From positions 4,367-68,366 of IMG/VR virus record IMGVR_UViG_3300031576_000034: DNA of 64,000 nucleotides. One strand, written 5' to 3'. Below are positions 39,095-48,829 of the stretch, piece after piece. The translations under genes and the position numbers were made by a program. The notes under the pieces were generated by a model, which was not told where the DNA came from, did not search any database, and saw only the letters and a program-made list of their open reading frames with translations. Positions within the stretch are counted from its first letter, which is position 1, and each line of letters begins with the position of its first letter. The DNA comes from a virus.

Positions 39095-40182
39095 CACTTC
39101 TCTCCGCCGATCAAATCGCACGCCTGCACGCCTGCGACACCCCCCTCGACTCCTGGCCGCTCCGTTCGGTCCTGCCGCCCAAGGAACGCATCCTCCACAT
39201 CCACCTCGACACCGACGACGACCCTCAGTACGGGATGCAGCGCGCGCTCAACCTCTGGGGCAGTGACGTGAGCCGGATCGCGTGGACGCGCGTCGGTGCC
39301 GAAGCGACGCGCAGACAGGCCGTCGAGGTCTGCCGACAGCAACAGCCGACGCTCGTCTGGATGCAGCTCCAGACCCCCGACGTTCTTGATGCTTCCACGC
39401 TTCGGCAGATGAGGGAAGCAGCCCCCAACGCGTTGCTCGTGACGTGGTGCGGCGACGTGGGCCGATGCGACCCGAACGAAGTGCTTCCGTGGGAGGCCGA
39501 GGTAGCTGACAACGTCCACCTCTGCCTCTTCTCATCGACGACGCAGGCTCACGCCTACCGCGCGCACGGTCACCCCGGCGCGTCCTATCTTCAGATCGGC
39601 TGCGACACGCAGTGGTTCCGGCCTGCGAACGCCACGAAAAAGTACCGCGTCGCGTTCCTCGGGCAGAACTACGGAACCAACTTCGATCGCACGTTGCCGG
39701 GTAACGACGCTGCGCTCCGCGCGGAGGTCGCGCGCGCACTGAAGCGGCGGCTCGGCCGAGATTTCTACCTCGCTGGCGGTGGATGGGGCGGCCTCGAGGA
39801 TGCGTTCGTCGCAACGCGCGACTCGCCTGCCGTCTACCACCAGTCCAAGCTCGCGCTTTCGATCTCCCTTTCGCAGATTCTTGGTCGCTACTCGTCAGAT
39901 CGGCTTCTTCGTGCGCTAGGGTGCGGCGTCCCGACGTTCGTCCGCGAGTTCTCCGGCATGGCCTCTTGGGGACTCGTGGATCGCGACAACTGCATCATCT
40001 GGCGGACGGAGATGTCTGTTGGGCACGTCGTGGAACTGATCGCGCAGGATTGGAGCGCTGAGATCGGCGAACGCGGCGCGAAACTGGTGGTACAGCATCA
40101 CACCTGGGAAGTCCGCGTGCGCGAGCTTGCCGTCTACCTTGCCGCGCTGCGCGGAGCCGAGATCACGACGGAGACGTTGTGA
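39091..40182 (+). CDS. GT-B glycosyltransferase (CgeB/Glyco_trans_1_2-like)
   Basis: VAFLGQNY, SDRLLRALGCG, IGERG..HHTWEVRV. Confidence 0.8.
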   Translation: MTLLSADQIARLHACDTPLDSWPLRSVLPPKERILHIHLDTDDDPQYGMQRALNLWGSDVSRIAWTRVGAEATRRQAVEVCRQQQPTLVWMQLQTPDVLDASTLRQMREAAPNALLVTWCGDVGRCDPNEVLPWEAEVADNVHLCLFSSTTQAHAYRAHGHPGASYLQIGCDTQWFRPANATKKYRVAFLGQNYGTNFDRTLPGNDAALRAEVARALKRRLGRDFYLAGGGWGGLEDAFVATRDSPAVYHQSKLALSISLSQILGRYSSDRLLRALGCGVPTFVREFSGMASWGLVDRDNCIIWRTEMSVGHVVELIAQDWSAEIGERGAKLVVQHHTWEVRVRELAVYLAALRGAEITTETL

Positions 40183-40952
40183 AGGTTGGGGCCTACTACG
40201 CCCTGCACTACGGCGCGGAGTACCTCGCGTGGTCGCTGAGATCGATCGCCGAGCAGGTCGATCACATCGTCGTTCTCTACAGCTCGCAACCGACGTACGG
40301 AACCGCGTCGCCCGTCGCGTGCCCGGAACCAGAGGAGCAGCTTCGACGCGAAACAACGCGCTTCGTCGACCCAGCTCGCGTCGAATGGATCCGCGGCCAC
40401 TGGCACGGCGAAGGTTCGCACCGCGACGCAGGCCTTCAGATCCTCCGTACACTCGGTTGTGAGATCGCCGTTCCCGTCGACTCCGACGAGTTTTGGATGC
40501 CCGACGCAGTCCGCGCTGCGGCCGAGCACGCTTACCAGATGAACTCTGCGTACGCGTGGCTGTGTCACTTCGAGCATTTCTGGCGAACGTTCAACAGGAC
40601 GGTGCACGACAGCTTCAGGCCGATCCGTGTTGTCGACCTGCGGCAGCCCATCGGAACGCAAGCATACATGCCGCTTGAGGCTCAACTCGCGCCCGTCTAC
40701 CACACGAGCTGCGCTCAAGCTGAGCGGATCACGCGCTACAAGTGGACTTGCCACGGTCACCAGTCAGAGCTTCGCGCGAACTGGCTCGAGGAGAAGTTCT
40801 TCGCGTGGACGTCGGAGAACGACCTGCCAGATCTCCACCCGGTCGTCTTCAACTTGTGGGACCGAGCGCGCGAAGCAAGCGAGACGACGCTCGCCGCTGT
40901 AGACACGCTCCTGCACGATCACCCGTACTACGGAAAGCCGCTCATCCGGTGA
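40179..40952 (+). CDS. GT-A glycosyltransferase-like protein
   Basis: EYLAWSLRSI..VDHIVV, VDSDEFW (DxD). Confidence 0.75.
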   Translation: MKVGAYYALHYGAEYLAWSLRSIAEQVDHIVVLYSSQPTYGTASPVACPEPEEQLRRETTRFVDPARVEWIRGHWHGEGSHRDAGLQILRTLGCEIAVPVDSDEFWMPDAVRAAAEHAYQMNSAYAWLCHFEHFWRTFNRTVHDSFRPIRVVDLRQPIGTQAYMPLEAQLAPVYHTSCAQAERITRYKWTCHGHQSELRANWLEEKFFAWTSENDLPDLHPVVFNLWDRAREASETTLAAVDTLLHDHPYYGKPLIR

Positions 40953-41746
40953 CGGTCGTCTTCGCGCGTACGCGGCACCGGTACGACTCGTACTGGCACT
41001 TCTGGAGGCTCGTCGAGCTGTCCGGCTACGAGACGTGCTTCCTCGACGAGGCGGATCTCGACGACCCAAGCAAGTGTTTCATCACGACACCGCTCAACGG
41101 CGAGATCGCCGCGTGGCAGCGCGAACGTCGTGCAAAGACGATCTGGTGGTGTCTCGAGCAGTACGATCCGGTTGGCGGCGGAGCGTCACTCTCCGCGCGC
41201 CTCGCCACCGTCATCCCAGGCACGTTCAACCGTATCTGGGGCTCGGACGAGTTCTTCTGCAAGAAGGATCCGCGCATCGAGTTCGTTCGGCTAGGCTCCA
41301 GCACGCAGCTCAACACGACGGGCCGCCTCGCGTGCGACGACATGTCCAACCGCTTCGATGCGATGCCGCTCGCGTACTTGTGGGGCCGTCGCGCGGAGTT
41401 CGTCGAGGCCCTCGTTCGGCACGGCGTCAAGATCGCTCCACCCTCGTACACCGAACCGGAACGCTCCGACTTGCTCGTGTCGAGCCGCTGGGTCCTCAAC
41501 CTTCAGCAGTACCCCGAGCCGTTCATCGCGCCGCTCCGGCCCGCCATCGCTGCGGCCTTCGGATGCGGGGTGATCTCCGAGCCGCTCGGCGTGCCGTACC
41601 CACACATCGTCGAGACAGGTGATCCGGCTCAGATGGCCGCGCTCGTCCGCGACGCGAGCCTCCTCTCTCGACGGTACGCCACCGGTCTGCGGCAACTCCT
41701 TTGCATCGACAACACGTTCCGCTCGTTCGTAGACGGTGCCGTATGA
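40949..41746 (+). CDS. putative GT-B glycosyltransferase
   Basis: SRWVLNLQQ..PLR..AAFGCGVISE; operon context. Confidence 0.6.
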   Translation: MTVVFARTRHRYDSYWHFWRLVELSGYETCFLDEADLDDPSKCFITTPLNGEIAAWQRERRAKTIWWCLEQYDPVGGGASLSARLATVIPGTFNRIWGSDEFFCKKDPRIEFVRLGSSTQLNTTGRLACDDMSNRFDAMPLAYLWGRRAEFVEALVRHGVKIAPPSYTEPERSDLLVSSRWVLNLQQYPEPFIAPLRPAIAAAFGCGVISEPLGVPYPHIVETGDPAQMAALVRDASLLSRRYATGLRQLLCIDNTFRSFVDGAV

Positions 41747-42684
41747 CGCTGCACCCTCGCGCCAACATCCACGTCGTTCACGTGATGCCGGACCACGGTC
41801 CGTTCGCGAGCAACTACACGCACTACGTTGCCGCAGCGCGCAGACTGCCGTGGCTCAGCGTCGTGCACCCGGACACACTCGATTTGTGGTGGCCGACCAT
41901 CCAGGCCGATCCGCACGTGCTCGTCGTCCTCTGGTCGGAACGAGCAGTTCCGCTGCGGGCCGATCGCCAGTGCCGCATCGTCGAGGTCTACGCTGAGGCG
42001 TTCGGGCCTTTCTGGCTGTCTGCGCACGCGGCGCACCTCGACCGAGCGCTAGCGCGCAGCACGGAACTGGATGCCTTCGTCGTGCACACTCCGCGCGTTG
42101 CAAAGCACCTCATCGCTGCGTTCGGGCTCCAGTCTGTTGTCATGCCGGTGGGTTGGGTGCCGGACTTTCGACGAGTTCCGCCGGGCGCTAGGACTCGCAA
42201 GGACGTGCTCTACTTCGGAAGCGCGACCGGCAAGCGTCTGTGGTCCGCTCCAGCGCTCTTCGAGCGCTGCGCCTCCCTGCGGGACGCTTCTGGCGCGTTC
42301 GGCGATGAGCTGGAGGTCCGGCTCTACGACGCGCTTGCCGCCGTCACGCTCCACCACTCAGATGTGTGGACGACCTCGACGTGGCGCCTTTGGCAGATCG
42401 CTGGCACAGGGGCGGCGGCGATCTTCGAGGCCGGGACCGAACTTGACGCGAGCGGCACCGCTCGAGAATCCGCGCCGGATCTTTGGCCGCTCTCCGGCTC
42501 AGGTGACTACTTCGTGCTTCCCCGGGTCACCGAAGCGAACGTGAGCCTTGTCGCGCGTGAGCTTGATCGGCTCGTCGCCGATCCAACCAAGCTCGCGGAG
42601 TCCGCCACACACATGACTGAGGAGCTTCGCGCGTGGCCGATCGAACGCTGCCACGAGGCGCTCCTTGAAAGGTTCGGCCGATGA
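41743..42684 (+). CDS. putative GT-B glycosyltransferase
   Basis: KDVLYFGSATGKR, GAFGDEL, WRLWQ..FE; operon context. Confidence 0.6.
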   Translation: MTLHPRANIHVVHVMPDHGPFASNYTHYVAAARRLPWLSVVHPDTLDLWWPTIQADPHVLVVLWSERAVPLRADRQCRIVEVYAEAFGPFWLSAHAAHLDRALARSTELDAFVVHTPRVAKHLIAAFGLQSVVMPVGWVPDFRRVPPGARTRKDVLYFGSATGKRLWSAPALFERCASLRDASGAFGDELEVRLYDALAAVTLHHSDVWTTSTWRLWQIAGTGAAAIFEAGTELDASGTARESAPDLWPLSGSGDYFVLPRVTEANVSLVARELDRLVADPTKLAESATHMTEELRAWPIERCHEALLERFGR

Positions 42685-43847
42685 TCCCGCTCTTCAAGGT
42701 CTTCACCGCTCCGACGGCTGCCGAACGCGTCGCCGAAGTTCTCGCGTCTGGCTACACGGCGCAGGGGCCCGTCGTCGAGATGTTCGAGACGATGCTCAAG
42801 GACTACCTCGGAGAGCAGAGTTTGCTCACGGTGTCGTCGGGGACGGCTGCACTCGATCTCGCGTGCCATCTGGCAGGCGTTGGGCCAGGGACGGAGGTGA
42901 TCTCGACCCCGCAAACATGCTCTGCGACGAACGGAGTCATTGCGAACCGCGGTGCGAAGATCATCTGGGCCGACATCGACCCGCTCACCGGCAACATCGA
43001 TCCCGCATCGGTCGCAAAGCTTGTCAACGAGAAGACCGTCGCCGTGATGGCCGTCGATTGGTCCGGTCGCCTCTGCGGCTACAAAGCGATCCGGGAAGCC
43101 CTGCGCGGTGACATTTGGATCATCCGCGACGCCGCACACGGCTTCGGGACCGTCGACAAGAACGCCGACTTCACATGCTGGTCGTTTCAGGCGATCAAGC
43201 ACCTCTCGACAGGGGATGGTGGCCTTCTTCTCGTACCGCCGAGTCAGTACGAACGCGCGCGGAAGCTCCGCTGGTTCGGCCTCGATCGCACCAAGGGCGA
43301 GTCCTTCCGTTGCGCGCAGGACATCGAGGAAGTCGGCTACAAGTACCACATGAACGATGTGGCGGCGGCGATCGGCTGCGCGAACTTCACCGCCGGCTTC
43401 GCGAAGTGGGTGGAGGTGGACGGCAGCACGTTCCAAGCACGCTACGGAGAGATCGACATCCTCGGGCGGCATCGTGAGAACGCACGCCTCCTCCTCGACG
43501 GCCTCACCCGCATCCAAGATGCCGTCAGCTACGACTTCGCGAACGCTCCGCCGTTCGACCCGACCTCGGCGTACTGGGTCCTCACGATCCTCGTTCCGCA
43601 CGAACGCGACGAGCTTCAAGCGTTCCTCGCCTCGCGCGGCATCGGCTCAAGTCGAGTCCACCGTTGCAACGACGAACACACGGCCTTCAAGCGCGTCTCT
43701 GAATGGCGCGTGCCGCACCCGGGTCTTGACGCTTTCGATGCTGCCCAGCTTTCGATCCCGTGCGGCTGGTGGGTCGGCGAGCACGAGCGGAACACGATCT
43801 TGATGGCGCTGTTCGACTTCGCAGAGCAGCAGAAGCGCGGCGCATGA
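42681..43847 (+). CDS. DegT/DnrJ/EryC1/StrS sugar aminotransferase
   Basis: SSGTAAL, DAAHGFG, SFQAIKHLSTGDGG (PLP Lys), GYKYHMND. Confidence 0.92.
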   Translation: MIPLFKVFTAPTAAERVAEVLASGYTAQGPVVEMFETMLKDYLGEQSLLTVSSGTAALDLACHLAGVGPGTEVISTPQTCSATNGVIANRGAKIIWADIDPLTGNIDPASVAKLVNEKTVAVMAVDWSGRLCGYKAIREALRGDIWIIRDAAHGFGTVDKNADFTCWSFQAIKHLSTGDGGLLLVPPSQYERARKLRWFGLDRTKGESFRCAQDIEEVGYKYHMNDVAAAIGCANFTAGFAKWVEVDGSTFQARYGEIDILGRHRENARLLLDGLTRIQDAVSYDFANAPPFDPTSAYWVLTILVPHERDELQAFLASRGIGSSRVHRCNDEHTAFKRVSEWRVPHPGLDAFDAAQLSIPCGWWVGEHERNTILMALFDFAEQQKRGA

Positions 43848-44293
43848 TTCGCTGCGTCACGACCGTCGAAGACGCCCAGATCGTCCGCGCGATCCGCAAC
43901 GCGTGCCGGCACTACATGACGCGCGACGCGCGATCGATCTCCGAAGAACAACAAGCGGCGTGGTTCGAGTCTCTCGACGAGAACGTGTCGCTTTACCTTC
44001 TGGACGAGGTCGGCTACGGCATGACCAGAACCGACGAGAGCGGCTCGTGGCTGACCGGCGGCCTCCTGCCGTCCGTACGCGGCCAGGGGCACGGTGAAGC
44101 ACTCTTCCGCCACCTCGTCGCGTCCAGCCCCGCCCCGTGGCTCCTCGAAGTGCTGCGCGGCAACGCGCCAGCATTCAGCCTCTACCGCAAACTCGGCTTC
44201 GTCGTGAATGACGTGTTCGAGCGCGAGGTGCTGCGGGACGAAGCGACGAACGGCCCCGTGACGATTGTGGAGATGAAACTTGAACCTCGCTGA
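43844..44293 (+). CDS. GNAT N-acetyltransferase
   Basis: RGQGHG, LEVLRGNAPAFSLYRKLGF. Confidence 0.85.
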   Translation: MIRCVTTVEDAQIVRAIRNACRHYMTRDARSISEEQQAAWFESLDENVSLYLLDEVGYGMTRTDESGSWLTGGLLPSVRGQGHGEALFRHLVASSPAPWLLEVLRGNAPAFSLYRKLGFVVNDVFEREVLRDEATNGPVTIVEMKLEPR

Positions 44294-44939
44294 CATCCGC
44301 GCGCTGGCAAAGAAAGCCGCGGTGGACACGCTCCGGCTTGACGTGCCTGAGGCGGGCAGCATGTACTACCGCTTTCTCAGGCACCTTGCGAACGCGATGA
44401 ACGCGCGCGCTTGTCTTGAGATCGGGACGTACCGAGGCTCGAGCGCAGTTCACCTTGCGATCGACTCGGATGCCTCAGTCGTCACGATCGATCTCAACCC
44501 AGACGCCCAACGTTGTGTGGACGAACTTGTCGTTCGCTTCGGATTGGACATCGTCCCGATCACAGCCAACAGCGGCTTCGTCCTCCAGGACCCCGCCGAA
44601 GCCGCGAAGATCCGCGCCCTCGCCCCCTTCGACATCCTCTACATCGATGGCGACCACACGTTCAACTCGGCCTACGGCGACTATACGACCTTCTGGCCGC
44701 TGGTCCGTGAAGGCGGCGTCATCGTCTTCGATGACATCACGCTGCCGATGGACGGGCAAGAGATGCACGTCTTCTGGGACCACGTCGTCGATCCGAAGGT
44801 CGAGCTGCCGTGGCTCCATGAGACGGGGTTCGGGGCAGCTATCCGCGGCAAGCTCCCGCCTCCGCCGTGGGAGATGGTGATCGGCGACGCTACCCGCGAG
44901 ATCGAGCGTCGGCGAGCGCCACGAGCCCCCACAGGATGA
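44280..44939 (+). CDS. class I SAM-dependent methyltransferase (Methyltransf_24-like)
   Basis: LEIGTYRGSS, DILYIDGDH, GGVIVFDD. Confidence 0.88.
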   Translation: MNLADIRALAKKAAVDTLRLDVPEAGSMYYRFLRHLANAMNARACLEIGTYRGSSAVHLAIDSDASVVTIDLNPDAQRCVDELVVRFGLDIVPITANSGFVLQDPAEAAKIRALAPFDILYIDGDHTFNSAYGDYTTFWPLVREGGVIVFDDITLPMDGQEMHVFWDHVVDPKVELPWLHETGFGAAIRGKLPPPPWEMVIGDATREIERRRAPRAPTG

Positions 44940-45051
44940 GCCCGCCCAACGCGACCGCCCCGCCGACCACCCCCGCAACGACCCACGGTGAGCCGCCAAG
45001 GTAGGGCGCGAGGTCGGGGTCGGGGACGAGCGGGGGTTCGTACTCGTTCAC
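44890..45051 (-). CDS. small membrane protein (53 aa, not in ORF track)
   Basis: MNEYEPPLVPDPDLAPYLGGSPWVVAGVVGGAVALGGLILWGLVAL. Confidence 0.6.
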   Translation of the reverse strand: MNEYEPPLVPDPDLAPYLGGSPWVVAGVVGGAVALGGLILWGLVALADARSRG

Positions 45052-45218
45052 GGCGTCTTCCGTTCTGCGGGCGTCATCCGCCGCCAGAGAAGGTCCAGAC
45101 GCTCAAGATGCGCGTCTTCCTCCGGCGATTCCGCACCGCCGTGACGCGCGCGGATCACCGCGAGGTCGACGAGCGCCAGCGCGTACTTGAGTGCGGCCGA
45201 CTCGCCCTCGTTCGTCAT
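45048..45218 (-). CDS. small hypothetical protein (56 aa, not in ORF track)
   Basis: MTNEGESAALKYALAL..LDLLWRRMTPAER; 4-nt overlaps. Confidence 0.6.
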   Translation of the reverse strand: MTNEGESAALKYALALVDLAVIRARHGGAESPEEDAHLERLDLLWRRMTPAERKTP

Positions 45219-45787
45219 GCGCATGCCCTCTGTTGATCGTACTGGAACACGCCCCGTGGCCCGAACGTGAGCCCCAGCTCCGCATAGAGCGGCTCGGGGT
45301 CCACGTTGTTCGTCCGGTACGGCCCCGGAAACGGCGATCGACCTCCGGCCCCGGCGTGCCGAAGCTCGTTGTGCAGATGGGCTCCCATCCCCGGGAACTT
45401 GCCGTTCGTCGTGTTGCCGACGAGGCCGAGCGGCTCACCGACGGCCGCCTCGTCGCCGACGGGCATCACAGAGCGGAGGTGGGCATACAGGGCCCAGAGC
45501 TTCGTCACGCCGCTCCCGTAGACCCGCTGGATGGCCGCCCGGTAGACCCCGGACAGCTCGACGACGAGCGCGTTGCCGTAGCCGTTCATCGGGCCCTCCG
45601 CGGCGCTGTCATACGCCTGGAGGACCACCCGGCCCGCGAGCATCGAGAAGATCGCGTCGCCTGGGCGGGCTCGGAAGTCGAGGCCCGCATGGAACGTCGG
45701 GGCGCCCGTCGCCCGGCCTGGACGGATCCCATAGCGGCTCGAGAGGGCGCCGTTCGGACCCAACGGCGGAAAGATGAGACAGGGCAC
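45215..45787 (-). CDS. M23 family metallopeptidase
   Basis: HAGLD, GYGN, YAHL, VGNT, HLH; leaderless after TGGTATCCT. Confidence 0.9.
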   Translation of the reverse strand: MPCLIFPPLGPNGALSSRYGIRPGRATGAPTFHAGLDFRARPGDAIFSMLAGRVVLQAYDSAAEGPMNGYGNALVVELSGVYRAAIQRVYGSGVTKLWALYAHLRSVMPVGDEAAVGEPLGLVGNTTNGKFPGMGAHLHNELRHAGAGGRSPFPGPYRTNNVDPEPLYAELGLTFGPRGVFQYDQQRACA

Positions 45788-45832
45788 GGGGGGAGGATAC
45801 CAGAGGTCGGCAGAGGGGGCAGGAACAGTGCT

Positions 45833-46439
45833 TCATGGGTACATGTAGCCGTCGTTGCGCGTCCCGGTGCAGACGACAAGTCGGTAGCCGCGCTCGCGCG
45901 CTTGTACCGTCCACGCCCTTCTCCGGCCGTCCCACGTGTCCGGGTTCTCCTCGCACGGCCGCAGCGTCTCCTCACCGCTCACGAGGCGCCAGCAGAACGC
46001 TCGGACTCGGGCCCACGCTCGTGCGTCCCACCGCTGTCGACGCGGCCAGCCAGCCCGCAGGCTCCTCGTCGTTCCAGCCCAGATTGCGCGACCAGAAGCA
46101 GTTGTTGCGGTGGTCGCACGGCCGGATGCCGAGGACGCGCGCAGAGTGCCGTTCGAGCCACACGCGACGTTCGTCGGTGATCGCTCGCTGGTTTTCGACG
46201 ATCTGAAAGATCATCGCGCAGTCCGCGAGCGAATCGAATCCGCTCTCGTTGACGCATACTTTCGCGAGTGCAAGCGCGAGTTCGCGCCGAGACGATCGGT
46301 GTACCGCGTTCACGGTGTGGACTTCGTGCGCGCTTGCACGCGGGCCCTGCGCGTGCACCTCGCTCGCGCACCACCCGATCGCGAACAACGCGACGAAAAG
46401 TGCAACGATCTTGATGATTCGCAAATACGTTTGGTTCAT
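45833..46439 (-). pseudogene. signal-anchored putative cell-wall hydrolase split by a frameshift near 46040
   Basis: N-terminal TM, LAKVCVNES; reading continues in a shifted frame as WARVRAFCWRLVSG..PC..WDG..CTGTRN to a stop at 45833. Confidence 0.55.
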
Positions 46440-46544
46440 GGGTCGTCCTCTGTACTCGCCGACGCGGGGTTACGTCAAGGTCCCGTCGGAATGTACTTGA
46501 CGGCGCGATTCGTTCGGGAGTACGAAACAGGTTGTGTTGTTGGG

Positions 46545-46582
46545 CTCCTTGGGTGGTCGGTTCCGGCTGCTCTGGGCCCCCT
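46545..46582 (-). repeat. dispersed ~41-bp element copy
   Basis: reverse complement AGGGGGCCCAGAGCAGCCGGAACCGACCACCCAAGGAG. Confidence 0.9.
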
Positions 46583-46688
46583 AATTCTGCGCCGTCCTGA
46601 GCGGCGCTGGGTGCGAGGATCTGATGGACGGCAAGGCACGCATCCGCCCCTCCCGGGGCGCGCAAACTGTGGAATTCTTGGAGGAGTT

Positions 46689-46934
46689 GTGACGCCGCGC
46701 GACATCGTCTGCCTCCGCAAGCGTCTTGGCTTCAACCAGCCGCGCCTTGCGCGATTCATCGAGATCAACCAAGTGACGATTTGCCGCTGGGAGACCGGGC
46801 ACAGCAAGCCAGCGGGCCTGTCGCTCGTCGTCCTGCGCGCTCTCCACGAGGCCGTCTCGACGGACGCGGGTCTGCGGCGGATCCTCAAGTTCCGCGATCT
46901 CGCGGAGCTGATCGAGGCTGCGGGGTTGCTGTGA
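46689..46934 (+). CDS. XRE-family HTH regulator
   Basis: LRKRLGFNQPRLARFIEINQVTICRWETGHSKP; GGAGGAG RBS. Confidence 0.85.
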   Translation: MTPRDIVCLRKRLGFNQPRLARFIEINQVTICRWETGHSKPAGLSLVVLRALHEAVSTDAGLRRILKFRDLAELIEAAGLL

Positions 46935-47197
46935 CGTTCGACCTGCGAGGCCTCTGCGACCAGCCGGGCTGCGTGCTCTGTGAAGCGCGTGTGGAGGCAG
47001 AGTGGGGCATCGCGCGGGTTGAGCGGGAGGCAGGGCGAAGGGCGGCGGAGCAACGAAGGGGCCGCGATGTGAATATCGCGGTGGTGGTCGCAGTGTCGGT
47101 GATCGTGGCCGTCACGTGTGGGGCGGCGTGGTGTTCGGCCAACGAAGGGGGCCCAGAGCAGTTGGAACCGGCCATCCAAGGAGTCGAACATGGCTGA
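46931..47197 (+). CDS. small membrane protein
   Basis: IAVVVAVSVIVAVTCG TM; C-terminus encoded by the dispersed element. Confidence 0.6.
   Translation: MTFDLRGLCDQPGCVLCEARVEAEWGIARVEREAGRRAAEQRRGRDVNIAVVVAVSVIVAVTCGAAWCSANEGGPEQLEPAIQGVEHG
47143..47183 (+). repeat. dispersed ~41-bp element copy supplying the RBS of the next gene
   Basis: CGAAGGGGGCCCAGAGCAGTTGGAACCGGCCATCCAAGGAG, ATG at 47190. Confidence 0.88.
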
Positions 47198-47369
47198 CAC
47201 GAAAGTCGACATCGCGAGGCTCCGAGAACTTCGCGCTTTCGCAGGCGGCTCCTCGGGTTCGCTCAAGGAGCGTGAAGCAGCGTTGCACGAGATCCGCCGT
47301 GCTTTGCCGGCCGTTCTGGACGAGTTGGAACAGCTTCGCACACAGGTAGAGAAGGCTGCACGACCGTGA
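47190..47369 (+). CDS. small helical hypothetical protein
   Basis: AAGGAG RBS; LPAVLDELEQLR. Confidence 0.65.
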   Translation: MADTKVDIARLRELRAFAGGSSGSLKEREAALHEIRRALPAVLDELEQLRTQVEKAARP

Positions 47370-47830
47370 AAATCTACGTTGCATCGTCCTCCCGCGACCT
47401 CGCCCGCCCCCGCCGCGTCATGGCCGCCCTCGAAGCCGCCGGCCTCGAGAACGCCCTCGATTGGACGAAGGACATCGACGAGGCCGCAGCGAACGGCTGG
47501 AAGACCGATCGGGAGGTCCCGGACGACCTCGCCATCCGCTCGGCCGAGCGCGACCTCGACGCCATCTTCAACGCTGACGCGATCCTGCTCCTCGTGAACG
47601 CGGGTGGGACGGGGCAGTGGATCGAGTTCGGGTTTGCGCTCGGCCTCAACGCGGAGCGAGAAGAGCACGATCCGATGATCTTCGTGGCGGGTGACTCCAA
47701 GCGGACGATCTTCCTTCGGCGCAAGGAGATCGTCGGAAAGTACCCGACGGCGCACACGTTGGTTTCCCGGTGGTTCGCGACCGACGAGGAAGCCATCCAG
47801 TACCTCATCGGCATGCACGAGAACTCGTGA
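47366..47830 (+). CDS. nucleoside 2-deoxyribosyltransferase-like protein
   Basis: KIYVAS, RDLDAIFNADAILL, GQWIEFGFALG. Confidence 0.75.
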   Translation: MKIYVASSSRDLARPRRVMAALEAAGLENALDWTKDIDEAAANGWKTDREVPDDLAIRSAERDLDAIFNADAILLLVNAGGTGQWIEFGFALGLNAEREEHDPMIFVAGDSKRTIFLRRKEIVGKYPTAHTLVSRWFATDEEAIQYLIGMHENS

Positions 47831-48291
47831 TCGTCGCCTTCAGCGGGCATCGTCCCGACAAGCTCACTGGGTACGGAGACACCCCCATGCGGCGGAACGT
47901 CATCGCAGCCCTCCAAAAGCACCTGGAGGACCTCCACCCAACGCTCGGGATCTCCGGCATGGCCCTCGGCGTCGACCAGTGGGCCGCCCAGCTCTGCACC
48001 GATCTCGAGATCCCGTGGGACGCGTACGTTCCGTTCAAGGGTCAGGAATCGGAGTGGCCTCGGGAATCGCAGGCGACGTACCGGACGTTGCTCGGCCATG
48101 CACGGAGGATCCACGTGACGGCGACGAGCTACAGCAACGCGGCTTTCCAGCATCGCAACATGGCGATGGTGAACGCCTGCGATCTGCTCCTGGCGGTGTG
48201 GGACGGCTCGAGCGGCGGAACAGGCAACTGCGTCGCGTACGCGCAGAAGGTTGGGCGGAAGATGGTGCGGATCGATCCGAGGACGTTGTGA
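47827..48291 (+). CDS. SLOG/YspA-like (DUF1273) protein
   Basis: AFSGHRP, SGMALGVD, RNMAMV, AVWDGSSGGT. Confidence 0.85.
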   Translation: MIVAFSGHRPDKLTGYGDTPMRRNVIAALQKHLEDLHPTLGISGMALGVDQWAAQLCTDLEIPWDAYVPFKGQESEWPRESQATYRTLLGHARRIHVTATSYSNAAFQHRNMAMVNACDLLLAVWDGSSGGTGNCVAYAQKVGRKMVRIDPRTL

Positions 48292-48829
48292 CCGCGCTCC
48301 CCACCACCCCCGCGACGTGCGGCGAGTGCGAGCACGTCATGCGAGGTCGTGCGCCGATCGACGACGCCTGCGGGCACACGTTGTCGAAGCGGATGCTGCT
48401 CGTGTCGCGCCTCTCGGTGCCGCACCCGCTCTGCCCCATCCGCCGCGCAGCGGCGCTCGCGGAGCGGGACGCGGAGATCGCGCGCGTGAAGCGGGAGCAC
48501 GGCGAAGAGATGGGACGGCTTCTCGCCGCCGCGCAGGGCACGATCGACGCCACGAAGGCGACCGCGACGCGCAACTTCGAGATCCTCATCGAAGGGCACG
48601 CTGCCGATCGCGACCACGCCTGCGCCCGCCTCGACGCCACGAGCGCATCGCCGCCGCCATCGCCCGCGCCGAGCAGGCCGAGTCGAAGGTCGCGGCACTG
48701 CGTGAGGCGGCGCGTGCCATCGTGCAGCGCGCTGACAGCGCACCGATGCCGATGCCGCCGAGCGTCGCGAAGAACTGGCGCGACGACTGCGCCGCTTTCA
48801 TCCAGCGCCTTGCGAGGGAAACGCCATGA
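48288..48829 (+). pseudogene. hypothetical coiled-coil gene with an apparent frameshift near 48640
   Basis: CGEC..HPLCP then coil; 3' part (ERIAAAIARAE..ARETP) is in another frame and ends at an ATGA overlap. Confidence 0.45.
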
